Assembly: GCA_036170915.1 (NCBI GenBank)
Contig: JAVHQC010000030.1
Location: forward strand, 32,001 to 96,000
Reading direction: 5' to 3'
DNA length: 64,000 nt
Source of the DNA: Cyanobacteria bacterium auto_48_18
GTDB lineage: Bacteria > Cyanobacteriota > Vampirovibrionia > Obscuribacterales > Obscuribacteraceae
Part shown: positions 49,022-59,550 of the stretch, one piece after another
Layout of the letters: each line of letters begins with the position of its first letter
Position numbering within the stretch: position 1 is the stretch's first letter
Made by a program: the position numbers and the translations under genes
The notes under the pieces: model-generated
Databases searched by the model: none
Told to the model about the DNA's origin: nothing
Seen by the model: only the letters and a program-made list of their open reading frames with translations

Positions 49022-49138
49022 CTAAATTCTCGAATGTGTTTTTTATTATCGCGCTCGCCGCTCTAGCTTTGCCCAAACAGTACAAAAACAGCGCTCTAAT
49101 AGCTACACTTAAGGAGCTACACTTATAAGTGATTCACA

Positions 49139-50566
49139 ATGACCCAAATCAACAACATTGACGATCAAGAGCTGCATTTCCCTTATCTGCCTAACACCGA
49201 GGCCGAGCGAGGAGAGATGCTCAAAACTATCGGTGTCAAAACTTTCGAAGAGCTAATTAGCCACATCCCAGCCAATGTGCGCGCGAAGCCTCTAGAAATT
49301 GCCGAAGGGCTTTCTGAGCTGGAATTATCGAACGAATTGCAAAGACTGGCTGCTAAAAACAAACCAGCCAGCCAACAGATTTCTTTTCTTGGTGGTGGAT
49401 CTTATAGAAGGTTTGTACCAGCAGTGGTGCCCGCCATTATTTCGCGTTCTGAATTTGCCACAGCTTACACTCCCTATCAGCCTGAAGTATCGCAAGGCAG
49501 CCTGCAAGCCATTTATGAGTTCCAGACTGCGATTTGTTTAATTACAGGAATGGATGTGGCGAACGCTTCTATGTATGACGGACCCACAGCCTGTGCCGAA
49601 GCGGCCATGATGGCAGTGCGTTTGACCGAGCGTAAAAAAGTCTTGATTGCTGCTTCAGTAAATCCTGAACATCGCATGGTCACTGAAACTTACGCCAATT
49701 CGTGCGCCATTGAGACTGTGATGGTCAAAAATGACAATGGTGTTTCCAGCGGCCCAGGCAGTGATTTAGAGTCACTTTTGGACAGCGATGTTGCTTGTTT
49801 TGTTGTGCAATATCCTAATTTCTTTGGTTGCGTTGAAGCACTAGAAACGCTTGCTCAATCAGTGCACGCTCAAGGCGCGCTGCTTGTTGTGATAAGCGAT
49901 CCGATCAGTCTTGGACTTCTAAAAGCGCCGGGCGATTTAGGTGCTGATATCGTAGTTGGTGACGCCCAAAGTTGCGGTAATTTCCTCAGTTTCGGCGGCC
50001 CATCAGCTGGTTATATGGCCTGCCGCAAAGAATTTATTCGCCAGCTGCCTGGTAGACTTGCCGGAATGACCGTCGATAACCGCGGTCAGAGAGCTTTTAC
50101 TCTCACTCTGCAGACTCGCGAACAGCACATTAGACGCGCTAAGGCCACCTCCAACATCTGCACCAACCAGGCCCTCAACGCGCTTGCCATGCTGGTTTAT
50201 CTCACTTGCATGGGCCCTCAAGGCTTGCGTGAACTGGCTAATATCAGCCTGCAGCGCGCTCATTATCTAGCAGACAAATTGGTGCAAATCGAAGGCGTCA
50301 GCCTGACATTTGCTGAGCAGCCATTCTTCAATGAGTTTGCACTGACTCTGCCAAAATCGGTCACAGTGCCCGAAGTGTTGAATCAGCTCAAGGCGCAGGG
50401 CATTCTTGGCGGTATAAAACTCTCGACTAACTATCCGCAATTAAGCAATTCAATCCTCATTGCTGTGACCGAGATGAATCCTGTTGCAGATTTGAATACC
50501 TTTGTGGAGGCCGTAGAAGCCACGCTGTCCGCCAAGGCCGTCAAAAAAAAGGTTTTGACTGTATAA
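49139..50566 (+). CDS. gcvPA: Glycine dehydrogenase (decarboxylating) subunit 1
   Basis: YTPYQPEVSQG, NASMYDG, TREQHIRRAKATSNICTNQ. Confidence 0.95.
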   Translation: MTQINNIDDQELHFPYLPNTEAERGEMLKTIGVKTFEELISHIPANVRAKPLEIAEGLSELELSNELQRLAAKNKPASQQISFLGGGSYRRFVPAVVPAIISRSEFATAYTPYQPEVSQGSLQAIYEFQTAICLITGMDVANASMYDGPTACAEAAMMAVRLTERKKVLIAASVNPEHRMVTETYANSCAIETVMVKNDNGVSSGPGSDLESLLDSDVACFVVQYPNFFGCVEALETLAQSVHAQGALLVVISDPISLGLLKAPGDLGADIVVGDAQSCGNFLSFGGPSAGYMACRKEFIRQLPGRLAGMTVDNRGQRAFTLTLQTREQHIRRAKATSNICTNQALNALAMLVYLTCMGPQGLRELANISLQRAHYLADKLVQIEGVSLTFAEQPFFNEFALTLPKSVTVPEVLNQLKAQGILGGIKLSTNYPQLSNSILIAVTEMNPVADLNTFVEAVEATLSAKAVKKKVLTV

Positions 50567-50609
50567 TCTCTAAATAATTTGGAAGAATTGAAGAATTGGG
50601 AAATACATT

Positions 50610-51368
50610 TTGCCTGTGACCACATCAGCACCGCAACAAACAGAGAACACCGCTCCAGATAATTCCCCCAAAGGTTTTATGAGTGGTTTCATCAAAGAAG
50701 CTCTCGAGCTGATTGTCGTCACCTTGATTTTATTGATAGGCATTCGCTGGGGCATCGCCGAAGCGCGCTATATTCCCTCGAGCTCCATGGAGCCCACCCT
50801 GCAAATCAACGATCGCTTGATCGTAGAAAAAATCTCCGGCCACCTGGCTAAACCAATAGAACGCGGCGATATTCTGGTTTTCTATCCACCCGCAATTGAA
50901 ATGGGCGGCGAAGAGCTTTCCAACGATCCGCTGCACTGGTTAGGGCGCCTGACTGGTTTGCCCTTTTTCCCTAATGATGCCGCCTTTATTAAAAGAGTGA
51001 TTGGTCTGGAAGGCGACATGATTCGCGTGGTTGCCGGCCAGGGCGTTTACGTTAATGGTCAGCTTTTAGACGAATCTGCCTACATTAAGGAAGTGCCAGC
51101 CTATAGCCTCACCGTTATGGGCGACATTAAAGGACGTAACTCAAAAAACGAATTTATTCGTCCTTGCACAGACAAACAAGTCAACGAACCCATTATCGTG
51201 CCTGCACATTGCCTTTTCATGATGGGCGACAATCGCAATAATTCAGAAGATGGCCACGTATGGGGCTTTCTTGACCAAAAGCGTGTAATCGGTAAGGCCT
51301 GGCTGTTAATCTGGCGCCGCCTGGAAGCTCCAGCCTATCCTAAGAGTCTTCAACATCAAGATCAGTAA
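50610..51368 (+). CDS. lepB: Signal peptidase I
   Basis: IPSSSMEPTL, FIKRVIG, GDNRNNSED. Confidence 0.95.
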   Translation: MPVTTSAPQQTENTAPDNSPKGFMSGFIKEALELIVVTLILLIGIRWGIAEARYIPSSSMEPTLQINDRLIVEKISGHLAKPIERGDILVFYPPAIEMGGEELSNDPLHWLGRLTGLPFFPNDAAFIKRVIGLEGDMIRVVAGQGVYVNGQLLDESAYIKEVPAYSLTVMGDIKGRNSKNEFIRPCTDKQVNEPIIVPAHCLFMMGDNRNNSEDGHVWGFLDQKRVIGKAWLLIWRRLEAPAYPKSLQHQDQ

Positions 51369-51439
51369 ATAGCGCACTCTTAGACCATCACAAAGTATAG
51401 ATTGGGTATAAGAGTTAGTGAGAGCAAGAGGCTGACAAA

Positions 51440-52960
51440 ATGGCAAAAGGATCGCAGGCTAAAGGTTCGGAGGCTAAAGGATCGACACAGGGTTCGCAAG
51501 ATACTCATGTAGATCAATCCGGTCACGCCGGTCACGAGCACGAATCTGCAGCAGAGCAGGAAAAGTCTCAAAAAGCACTGAGTCAACCGAAGTTAAGTCA
51601 AACAGATTTGCGCGACATTGAAAGCGAGCTTCATCAGCGCGAAATTGTTTTGATTGAACGCGAAATAAAATCACTGCGCCTGCAAGAAGAGCTGGAGCGT
51701 CTGCGACCTCTGTCTGGTCTGTATCGCGTGGTCAAATCTATGGCCACCGAGCGCAAGCTTGACGCTCTGCTTGAGACCATCACACGCGAAACGCAAAACA
51801 TGCTCAAATGCGACCGTTGTAGCGTTTTTGTTTTAGACCAGGAAAAAAGTGAACTCTGGACTCAAGTGGCCCAAGGTCTCGTTGGCGCTCGCACCATTCG
51901 CATTCCTATGTCAGGCACAGCTATTGTCAGTCACTGCGCCCGTTCCGGCAAAATTATCAATATTCCAGATGCCTATCAAGACGAAAGATTTGATCCTGCC
52001 GTGGACAAACACACAGGCTACAAAACTCGCAGTGTACTCTGCGTGCCCATGCGCAACCGCGAAGGCAGCGTGATTGGCGTATTTCAGGTCTTAAATAAAC
52101 TGGCCGGTCCATTTACCTCTGAAGACGAAGATTGGCTCGAAGCCTTGACTGCAGTAGCGTCAGGTTTAATTGAGCAGGCTCAGGCCTATGCCGAAATCGA
52201 AAGCTTCGTTGATAAAACTCTAGAAGTACTGGCTCAGACAATTGATAAACGCGACCCTCTAACCGCTGGCCACTCAGTGAGAGTGACTAATTACAGCTTG
52301 CTGATTGGTAGTGGCCTTGATGTCATTGCCGAAGATTTAGACGTATTGCGCTATTCTGCCATGATGCACGATTATGGCAAAATCGGTGTACCAGAAGACA
52401 TTCTCTGGAAGAACGGCCGCCTCACTCCTGATGAGTATGCCACTGTACAAAAACATGCCAGCATCACTTTTGACTTGCTCAATAATTTGCCTTTCACCAA
52501 ACGACTGGGAGCAGTGCCTTTCGTCGCTTCATGCCACCATGAAAAGTTAGACGGCACCGGGTACTATCGCGGTTTAAGAGGCGAAGAAATTCCATTTTTG
52601 TCACGCATTATTGCTGTTGCTGACGTTTTCGATGCACTCACTTCAGTCAGGCATTACCGAAATCGCATGCCGATTGAAAAAGTGACTGAGATTTTGGATG
52701 CTGGACGTGACAATCACTTTGACATTCGTTGCGTTGATGCATTTGAAAAATTGCCGTCAGATCGCGTGTTGAAGATCATGGAAAGCGAAAGAGATCGCAA
52801 TACATCAGAAGACATTACGGCCTTTCAACACATAACCTGGAAGCGCCTGGTAGAAATCATCGGCGGCTCGCGTCCAAAACGTGGTGAAGAGGGGCTGAAA
52901 GAGGCCTTCGACCGCATGTATAACTTTGGCTTGCCTAAAGACTATAAACCTCTAGACTAA
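51440..52960 (+). CDS. GAF plus HD-GYP cyclic-dinucleotide phosphodiesterase-like protein
   Basis: Coiled coil; GAF (DERFD…DKHTGYKTRS, NKLAGPF); HDYGK, HHEKLDGTGYY, VADVFDAL. Confidence 0.9.
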   Translation: MAKGSQAKGSEAKGSTQGSQDTHVDQSGHAGHEHESAAEQEKSQKALSQPKLSQTDLRDIESELHQREIVLIEREIKSLRLQEELERLRPLSGLYRVVKSMATERKLDALLETITRETQNMLKCDRCSVFVLDQEKSELWTQVAQGLVGARTIRIPMSGTAIVSHCARSGKIINIPDAYQDERFDPAVDKHTGYKTRSVLCVPMRNREGSVIGVFQVLNKLAGPFTSEDEDWLEALTAVASGLIEQAQAYAEIESFVDKTLEVLAQTIDKRDPLTAGHSVRVTNYSLLIGSGLDVIAEDLDVLRYSAMMHDYGKIGVPEDILWKNGRLTPDEYATVQKHASITFDLLNNLPFTKRLGAVPFVASCHHEKLDGTGYYRGLRGEEIPFLSRIIAVADVFDALTSVRHYRNRMPIEKVTEILDAGRDNHFDIRCVDAFEKLPSDRVLKIMESERDRNTSEDITAFQHITWKRLVEIIGGSRPKRGEEGLKEAFDRMYNFGLPKDYKPLD

Positions 52961-53005
52961 CGACTAAATTTTCGACTAAAACATTTCGACTAGGATGATT
53001 GGCAT

Positions 53006-53887
53006 TTGATGGTATCGACCGAACTTAAACAGCTGATCAGCTGCGCAGCTTTTCTACTGGCTGGCTTAATTTCAGCCAGCAGCGCTTCAGGCGCACAAAA
53101 CAGTGATACTGCCAGCAATGCCACAAAAAAAATCGATAAAATCGAAAAACTAGAAATTGAAAATCGCAGCGGCCATACCAGCGACAAAGAAGATGCTCCG
53201 GCCCTGCCTCCAGCTGACGATGCGCCTCCGGCGAAGTCAACATTGCGAGTGCGCATTTCGGTGCCGCAAATGGAGAAATGCACTCAGGCTTTTGTTATTT
53301 ATCCTTACATCACAAAACCACTGAAAATTTTGATACCACACGCACCTCTTCCTGAAGAAGATATGCAAGATTTTCGTATGCGCCTGATTCAAACCGGTTA
53401 TGCCAATCGCCAATCGATGACTAAGCCTTATCCTGCACAGGGCTGGCGCTGGCATTACGCTTATCGCAATGCTTTAAAACGTTCGGGTTTGAGCGAGCCT
53501 AAATTTGTAGGGGGCATTTATCGTTTTGCTGACGAAATGACAAAGTATGTAAAGCCTGAATGCGAACGCATCAACCGCATTGAAGAAGCGCGCAACAAGC
53601 GCTATCAGGCGATGGTGGTGGAATATGAAGACAACCATAAAGATGAAGAAAGCGAAGCAATAAGACTGAATCGCGAACCGATTAAATTGCCCTTGCGGCT
53701 CATTGCTAAAGGCAAAGCTGTTGAAGGCACCGTTTCTCTGCCACCAGGAGAATGGTACATTACGGGCAAACACCAGGTGCCAGGCTTACTTTATTACTGG
53801 CAAGAGAGAATCAAAGTTAATAGCGGTGAGAATATCTCAGCAAATTTGACCGACGCCAATGCTCTATTGATTCAGGGCGGTTGGTAG
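53006..53887 (+). CDS. Secreted hypothetical protein
   Basis: Signal peptide; 293-aa ORF filling the gap. Confidence 0.65.
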   Translation: MMVSTELKQLISCAAFLLAGLISASSASGAQNSDTASNATKKIDKIEKLEIENRSGHTSDKEDAPALPPADDAPPAKSTLRVRISVPQMEKCTQAFVIYPYITKPLKILIPHAPLPEEDMQDFRMRLIQTGYANRQSMTKPYPAQGWRWHYAYRNALKRSGLSEPKFVGGIYRFADEMTKYVKPECERINRIEEARNKRYQAMVVEYEDNHKDEESEAIRLNREPIKLPLRLIAKGKAVEGTVSLPPGEWYITGKHQVPGLLYYWQERIKVNSGENISANLTDANALLIQGGW

Positions 53888-53904
53888 CAATATTTTGACC
53901 AGTT

Positions 53905-55647
53905 TTATACAGCATTAACTTGATGCACAAGCACTTGCACTGTGGGTTTAGCCGAAAGTCTCTGTCGCAAAGCTTTTATCACGGCTTCTCTGACACTAGA
54001 TCGCAAGGCCACAGTAACATCGTCACTTTTATTGTTCGGTTTGGTGCGCGTTACTGCTTCTCTAATGATGCCATCAAGTTCTTGTTGCATGGTAGCCCAT
54101 TCGTTAGAGCGCAAGAAGCCCGACGCGCCGACTTCCACAGTGGGGCCTGTGACAATTTCACCACTGGCGGTGACAGTTAAACCGATAGTGACAACGCCCT
54201 CTAGACTGAGGATGCGTCTTTCGTTCACTGAGGCTGTGGTGACCCGCTCACCTTGCTCTCGATTGAATAAAACCGGCTGGAAAGCAATGGAGCCTGCAAT
54301 AGAGCCAATGCCGCGGCTGATTTCAAGCATATCGCCATTGGTCAAAACAAAAATATTGCTTTCGTCTAAACCAAAAGCTGCGGCAATTTCACCATGCTGA
54401 GTAATGTGGCGCCCCTCGCCAATTGCTGGTGCAAAATAGCGGGGCTTTGTGACTGAAAGCATCAGCTTCAATTCTTCTTTCGATGCATGCTTCGATACGT
54501 GCACGCCAGGCTTTTGACCCCATAACACTTTTACGTTTTTCAAAAGCAATTCGTCGAGAATGTGCGCCATATGTCTGGCACGGCCCGGCAACACGTCACT
54601 GGAGAATATGATGGTGTCACCATCTTTGACGGTAATTGTAGGATGGCGATCATAGGCGATGTCATCTAAAACATTGATAGGATCTGACTCTGTTGTACTG
54701 GCAATCACCAGAACTTCTTCATTTTTCATATTGCCCAGCGCGTTGATAGACCCTTCAATGGCGCGGTCAAAAATCAGATTTCCGGTGATGGTGGCACTAA
54801 CGGCAATTTTGTGGAAAGTATCACCAAGCAAAATCACTTTGCGATTGGTTATGGCAGCCACATCAAACAAAATTTGCAGCCTGTGAGTATTGGTGCCAGG
54901 CATCACAACAATAACGCGCCCGGACGCCTCGCTGATAATTTCTTCCATGGCTTGTGCCACTACTTTCTCAGACAAAGTGTAGCCGCCCGCCTCGACATTG
55001 GCTGAGTCTGAAATTAGCAGAGTGACACCCTCATCACCGATGGTGGCAAGTCGGCCCACATCAAGAAGGGTGTGGTCAACTGGTGTCTGATCAAACTTGA
55101 AGCTAGAAGTGTAGATAATCGTGCCGGCATCGCAAGTAATTCGCAAAGCGCAAGCATCAGCAATAGCATTGTTACTGACAATCCATTCCACTTCAAATGG
55201 GCCCACCTGATAACTTTTTTTCACCTCAATCTCTTCCATGGCGGGAACCGGCCGCACGGCGGCAGTGTCACTGGAATCGCTGGAGCTATAGAGGTCGTAG
55301 ACATTTTGCTTGAAGAGCTCGGCCACAAAGCGCGGCGCTAAAATGCGAGGAAAACTAACGTGATGGGTGAGATAAGTAAGGGCGCCCGCATGCTCTTCAT
55401 GGCCATTGGTGAGCAACAGTGCTGTAATTTTGTCTTGATTGGCTTCAAGAAAAGATGAATTGGGCAAAAGTAAGTCGACCCCAGGTAGTTCGCGGGCCGG
55501 ATACCCTGCTCCGGCGTCTACCACGATAATTTCGCCCTGGTAGATGAAGAGCCACATCACCTGCCCCAGTTCGCCCTGACCGCCCACCGGCACTGCATAG
55601 AGGGCATGATAATCGAGTTCAGGCCAGGTAGTTAAGAAGTCGCTCAC
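53905..55647 (-). CDS. Ribonuclease J-like protein with degenerate metal-binding motifs
   Basis: PVGGQGELG, VDAG, PGVDLLLP, LISDSANVE, HVSKHASKEEL, GEGRH. Confidence 0.88.
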   Translation of the reverse strand: MSDFLTTWPELDYHALYAVPVGGQGELGQVMWLFIYQGEIIVVDAGAGYPARELPGVDLLLPNSSFLEANQDKITALLLTNGHEEHAGALTYLTHHVSFPRILAPRFVAELFKQNVYDLYSSSDSSDTAAVRPVPAMEEIEVKKSYQVGPFEVEWIVSNNAIADACALRITCDAGTIIYTSSFKFDQTPVDHTLLDVGRLATIGDEGVTLLISDSANVEAGGYTLSEKVVAQAMEEIISEASGRVIVVMPGTNTHRLQILFDVAAITNRKVILLGDTFHKIAVSATITGNLIFDRAIEGSINALGNMKNEEVLVIASTTESDPINVLDDIAYDRHPTITVKDGDTIIFSSDVLPGRARHMAHILDELLLKNVKVLWGQKPGVHVSKHASKEELKLMLSVTKPRYFAPAIGEGRHITQHGEIAAAFGLDESNIFVLTNGDMLEISRGIGSIAGSIAFQPVLFNREQGERVTTASVNERRILSLEGVVTIGLTVTASGEIVTGPTVEVGASGFLRSNEWATMQQELDGIIREAVTRTKPNNKSDDVTVALRSSVREAVIKALRQRLSAKPTVQVLVHQVNAV

Positions 55648-55784
55648 GAGTGTTTCCTGTGAAATTCAGCTAAATAAAGAAGGTCTTGCTACCAATCAAT
55701 TTTATAGCTGTCGGACAGAAGAATGGAAAGAAGATCAAATTTGTAAGAATAGAAAGTAAAATCAGACACACAGGAAAATTGACT

Positions 55785-57383
55785 ATGCAAGAGGCGAAGA
55801 TGCAGGCACAAGCTAGCAAAGAGAGTCAGATAGACCTCCTTTTAAAACCAGGCAGCGCTAAAGAGGGTTTTGCCGCCACTGGCAAACCGGCCATAATTCA
55901 AGTCTTGCCCGGGGGCAAACTGAGAGAAATCGGCCACAGCGAGCTCGAGAAGCTGATTGGCCAGGCTGAAACTTTACTCAGCGAAGCCGGCGTCAAGCTC
56001 GGCGATAAAGTGATTATGACCTCACCCAATAGCCCAGAGCTGCTGGCCACCATACTGGCAACCTGGCGCCTCGGGGCCGTGGCCGTGCCAATAGATTTTC
56101 GCCTCACCGAAGGCGAACTGGCCAATGTCGCTAAATCGCCCGCCATTAGTGCAAGCGCTGTGCTTGTCTTCAAGCCTCTAATTAAAGACTATGCTGCGTT
56201 AGAGACAAATTTGCAAAGCGGCAGCGGAAATATTTTCTTGTCTGACCTTAGCGCTCTGCATAATTGCGTTGAGAAAAAGCGGTCTCAAACGGACGCCGCC
56301 AGTGATTTTAAAGATTTGAAAGATCCGGCTTTTCTGATTCTCACATCAGGCACCACAGGTACACCCAAAGGGGCATTGCACGATTTAAGCAGCCTGCTCA
56401 GCAATTTAACAGAACTGGGTGAAATGGCTGATTTTTGCAAAGATCTAAAAGTGCTGCTGCCGGTGCCAATCTCGCATGTACTCGGACTGGAAGTGATGAT
56501 GATTGCCCTGCTTTACGGCAGCACGGTCATTTTTTCAGAGATGACTGTCGAAGGAATAATTGCCGCCAACAATCAATTTAAACCAGAATTCATGGTGGGC
56601 GTGCCCACCATATATGGTGCCTTTGTCGCTCTTCCTCAAGGCTCTGTCGACTTGAGCAATTCTCGTGTGCTTCTCTGTGGTGGTGCGCCACTGCCCCCAT
56701 CGCTGGCCGCCGATTTCCACACCCGCTTTAATAAGCGCCTCAATAATGGTTATGGCTCAACCGAATCAAAAATCATCGCCGTCAATTTAGAAGGCCCTGA
56801 CGAATCAGTAGGCAAAGTGGTGCCGGCGGTGCAAATAAAAATTCTAGGCGATCAGGGCCAAGAAATGCCTGAGGGAGAATCTGGAGAAATTGTCATTTGC
56901 GGCTCCACTCTCATGCTTGGTTACATCGGCCAACCTGAGGCCACCAGTGCGGTGATTCATGATGGTGGCTATTACACAGGTGACATCGGTCACATGCAGG
57001 ACGGCTATCTTTATATTTCCGGACGGGCCAAAGAATTGATTATCGTGGCCGGCAACAAAGTCTTTCCGGCCGAAGTGGAAGGGGTTTTGCGCTCAAACGA
57101 CCTTGTGCACGAAGTGGCGGTAATTGGCGTTCCCCACAGCAAATTGGGGCAGATAGTCAAAGCGCATATTGTGGTTGAAGCCGGCGAATGGTCAAAACCA
57201 CTGGACAGTGAAAATGCCGAAGAGAAAAAAGAAGCGCGGCAAAAGCTGATTCAGGCTATGCGTGAGTATTGTGCTGCCAATTTAAAGCGTGAACTGCGCC
57301 CGATGGAATGGGAGTTTTACAGCTGTGAATATATTTTACCGCGCACTTCCGCCGGCAAAATTGATAAGAAGCAACTGAAATAA
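55785..57383 (+). CDS. AMP-binding acyl-CoA synthetase (class I adenylate-forming enzyme)
   Basis: TSGTTGTPKG, GYGSTE, YTGDIG, GRAKELII, PRTSAGKIDK. Confidence 0.92.
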   Translation: MQEAKMQAQASKESQIDLLLKPGSAKEGFAATGKPAIIQVLPGGKLREIGHSELEKLIGQAETLLSEAGVKLGDKVIMTSPNSPELLATILATWRLGAVAVPIDFRLTEGELANVAKSPAISASAVLVFKPLIKDYAALETNLQSGSGNIFLSDLSALHNCVEKKRSQTDAASDFKDLKDPAFLILTSGTTGTPKGALHDLSSLLSNLTELGEMADFCKDLKVLLPVPISHVLGLEVMMIALLYGSTVIFSEMTVEGIIAANNQFKPEFMVGVPTIYGAFVALPQGSVDLSNSRVLLCGGAPLPPSLAADFHTRFNKRLNNGYGSTESKIIAVNLEGPDESVGKVVPAVQIKILGDQGQEMPEGESGEIVICGSTLMLGYIGQPEATSAVIHDGGYYTGDIGHMQDGYLYISGRAKELIIVAGNKVFPAEVEGVLRSNDLVHEVAVIGVPHSKLGQIVKAHIVVEAGEWSKPLDSENAEEKKEARQKLIQAMREYCAANLKRELRPMEWEFYSCEYILPRTSAGKIDKKQLK

Positions 57384-57385
57384 AA

Positions 57386-58756
57386 TCAATTTATTTTTGA
57401 CAGCCGCTCAAAATAATCCACGAACATGCGCATTCCGCCGCTGGCTTGCTGCCAATCGAAGTTTTCATTGATGGCATGATAACCGTGCTCAGGCAGGGAT
57501 AAACCTAAAAAGACAATCGGCACTTGCATGATTTCTTGCATACTGACGACGGCACCGATTGACCCGCCTTCTCTGGTGAAAGCGGCTTCTTTGCCAAAGC
57601 CGGCTTTCATGGCCGCTTTGGCCGCCAAATTGAATGGCCCGCTGAATTCGCCGATGAAAGGCTTTAACGTACCTTCGCGCACCAGCTCAACATCACTATT
57701 TTTCGAGCGCACAAAAGCCTCCACCTGGTCGATTATTTTAGCCGGATCTTGGTCAGGCACCAGACGCATGCTAATTTTCGCTTCTGCTTGATGAGGAATA
57801 ATGGTCTTTACGCCAGGCCCAGCGTAACCGCCGGTGATACCATGTACTTCAAAGGTAGGCTTCGCCCAGATGCGAGCACTAGCCTCCCTGGCATCTTCAG
57901 TACGGGTGTGCAGAAGCTCATGAGCTTTCTTAAAATTATCCACGGCAAAACCGGAAGCAACAAAATTAGAGAGTTCTTCTTCATTGACTGGCCGCACGTC
58001 GTCATAGAAACCAGGAATTTTAACTTCGCCGCTCCTAGCATCAAAGCATTGTGCAATCAAATCACAAAGCTCAGCGATAGGATTGCGAGCCAGGCCACCG
58101 GTAGTACCTGAATGAACATCTTTAACACCGGTTTTCAATTTGAAAAGAAAACCCTGCAACCCTCGCAGTCCATAGGGAATGGCTGGTCGCTCGCGAGAAA
58201 CCCAGATGGTATCTGATACCACAATTGAGTTAGTGGAAAGCTCATCAATGTTGCCTTCGAGAAACTGGGCAAACGACGGGCTGCCGATTTCTTCTTCCAG
58301 TTCCCAAATAAATTTGATATTGATTGGCACGCCCAGTTTACGAACGTATGCAGCAGCATACATGACAGACAGCGCTGGACCTTTGTCGTCTGTGGTGCCC
58401 CGGCCGCGATAAACACCGTCTTCAATTTGCATGTCGAATGGCGGCGTTTGCCACTCAGCGGCGTCGGCAGGCTGCACATCAAGATGGTTATAAACAGTCA
58501 CTGTAGGAAATTCTTTGCCGGCATGAAACTCACCCACAACCACAGGTTGACCGGCAGTGCTCACAATTTTGGCCGAGGCGCCCTGCTCTTTCAGCAGTTG
58601 CACCGCTAATTCGGCGGTCTGCAGCATCTCGGCTTTGCGGTCTGGCTCCATGCTGACGCTGGCCAAATTCACCAATTTTCTCAAATTGCTTTCGTACTCA
58701 CCGCGCAGCGATTCAGCGTATGCCGAGACTTTTTCGAGATTGCATTCGACGTTCAT
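57386..58756 (-). CDS. M20-family metallopeptidase/dipeptidase
   Basis: YNHLDVQP, GRGTTDDKG, EEEIGS, HAINE. Confidence 0.92.
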   Translation of the reverse strand: MNVECNLEKVSAYAESLRGEYESNLRKLVNLASVSMEPDRKAEMLQTAELAVQLLKEQGASAKIVSTAGQPVVVGEFHAGKEFPTVTVYNHLDVQPADAAEWQTPPFDMQIEDGVYRGRGTTDDKGPALSVMYAAAYVRKLGVPINIKFIWELEEEIGSPSFAQFLEGNIDELSTNSIVVSDTIWVSRERPAIPYGLRGLQGFLFKLKTGVKDVHSGTTGGLARNPIAELCDLIAQCFDARSGEVKIPGFYDDVRPVNEEELSNFVASGFAVDNFKKAHELLHTRTEDAREASARIWAKPTFEVHGITGGYAGPGVKTIIPHQAEAKISMRLVPDQDPAKIIDQVEAFVRSKNSDVELVREGTLKPFIGEFSGPFNLAAKAAMKAGFGKEAAFTREGGSIGAVVSMQEIMQVPIVFLGLSLPEHGYHAINENFDWQQASGGMRMFVDYFERLSKIN

Positions 58757-58818
58757 AACACTCCAAATTTACCCAAGGTAATTATAGGAGGTTAGAAGAA
58801 AACTTAGAACGAATATAA

Positions 58819-59340
58819 CTAGGCGACTACTGCTGGCTTATCAAGCTGGGCAAATACTCTTTGCATACTTGCCACAAATTTAGGGCTTTCTAGGAAACCT
58901 GAAACTTTGAAAACTGGTGTGATGTTTCCGCCTTTCACTGTCAATACAGACACCGATGGGTAACCTTCAATATTGCAAAGCTCGGCTAATTTTTTGCCAT
59001 CAGCGTTGTTTGAAGGCGTAACCCGCAAAAATATGGCATCTTTGGCAATGGCACTTGTGCTTGATTTTTCGAGCTCTTGGCCGAAAAGCTTGCACCAACC
59101 GCAGCGGTCTTCTTGAAAAACCACAACCAGTGGTTTGCCTTCTGCCTGAGCCCTGGTAAATGCTGATTTGACGTCGGTTTGCCATTCAATTTGAGAAATA
59201 TTTTGCTCGACCGATTTCGATCCTTCGAATGGTCTAATTAATTTAACAGCGAGTTGCTGGCTCAGTACTTCTCTTGCTGAATCACTGGACTTGCCGGAAT
59301 ATTCCAAAGCATTTGATGCCAAAATTTCAGGACGTGCCAT
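58819..59340 (-). CDS. Thioredoxin-family protein (CGWC)
   Basis: GKPLVVVFQEDRCGWCK, IEGYPS. Confidence 0.8.
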   Translation of the reverse strand: MARPEILASNALEYSGKSSDSAREVLSQQLAVKLIRPFEGSKSVEQNISQIEWQTDVKSAFTRAQAEGKPLVVVFQEDRCGWCKLFGQELEKSSTSAIAKDAIFLRVTPSNNADGKKLAELCNIEGYPSVSVLTVKGGNITPVFKVSGFLESPKFVASMQRVFAQLDKPAVVA

Positions 59341-59446
59341 TTTTATAGATATCCTCGCCGGAGAAACCTGAGCTGTTTGACAGCTCGACAAAGGTATCTA
59401 CACGGTCATTAAGAAAGCTGGACAGCTAAGCTAAGATTCAAAGATT

Positions 59447-59484
59447 AAAACGCAGAGAAATTTGCGCAAATCTCTCTGCGTTTT
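59447..59484. repeat. Near-perfect 38-bp palindrome (terminator or operator)
   Basis: AAAACGCAGAGAAATTTG-CG-CAAATCTCTCTGCGTTTT. Confidence 0.65.
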
Positions 59485-59550
59485 GGCAATGCGTATTCAA
59501 AAGGTCACGGGCGCCGACCAGTTTTTTTTAAGCCGTTTACTAAACAGACG

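Noticed and set aside
52955..52993. Short CGACTA(A) repeats after the HD-GYP gene
   Set aside because: Three to four 6-8 nt units with irregular spacing; too short to support a function.
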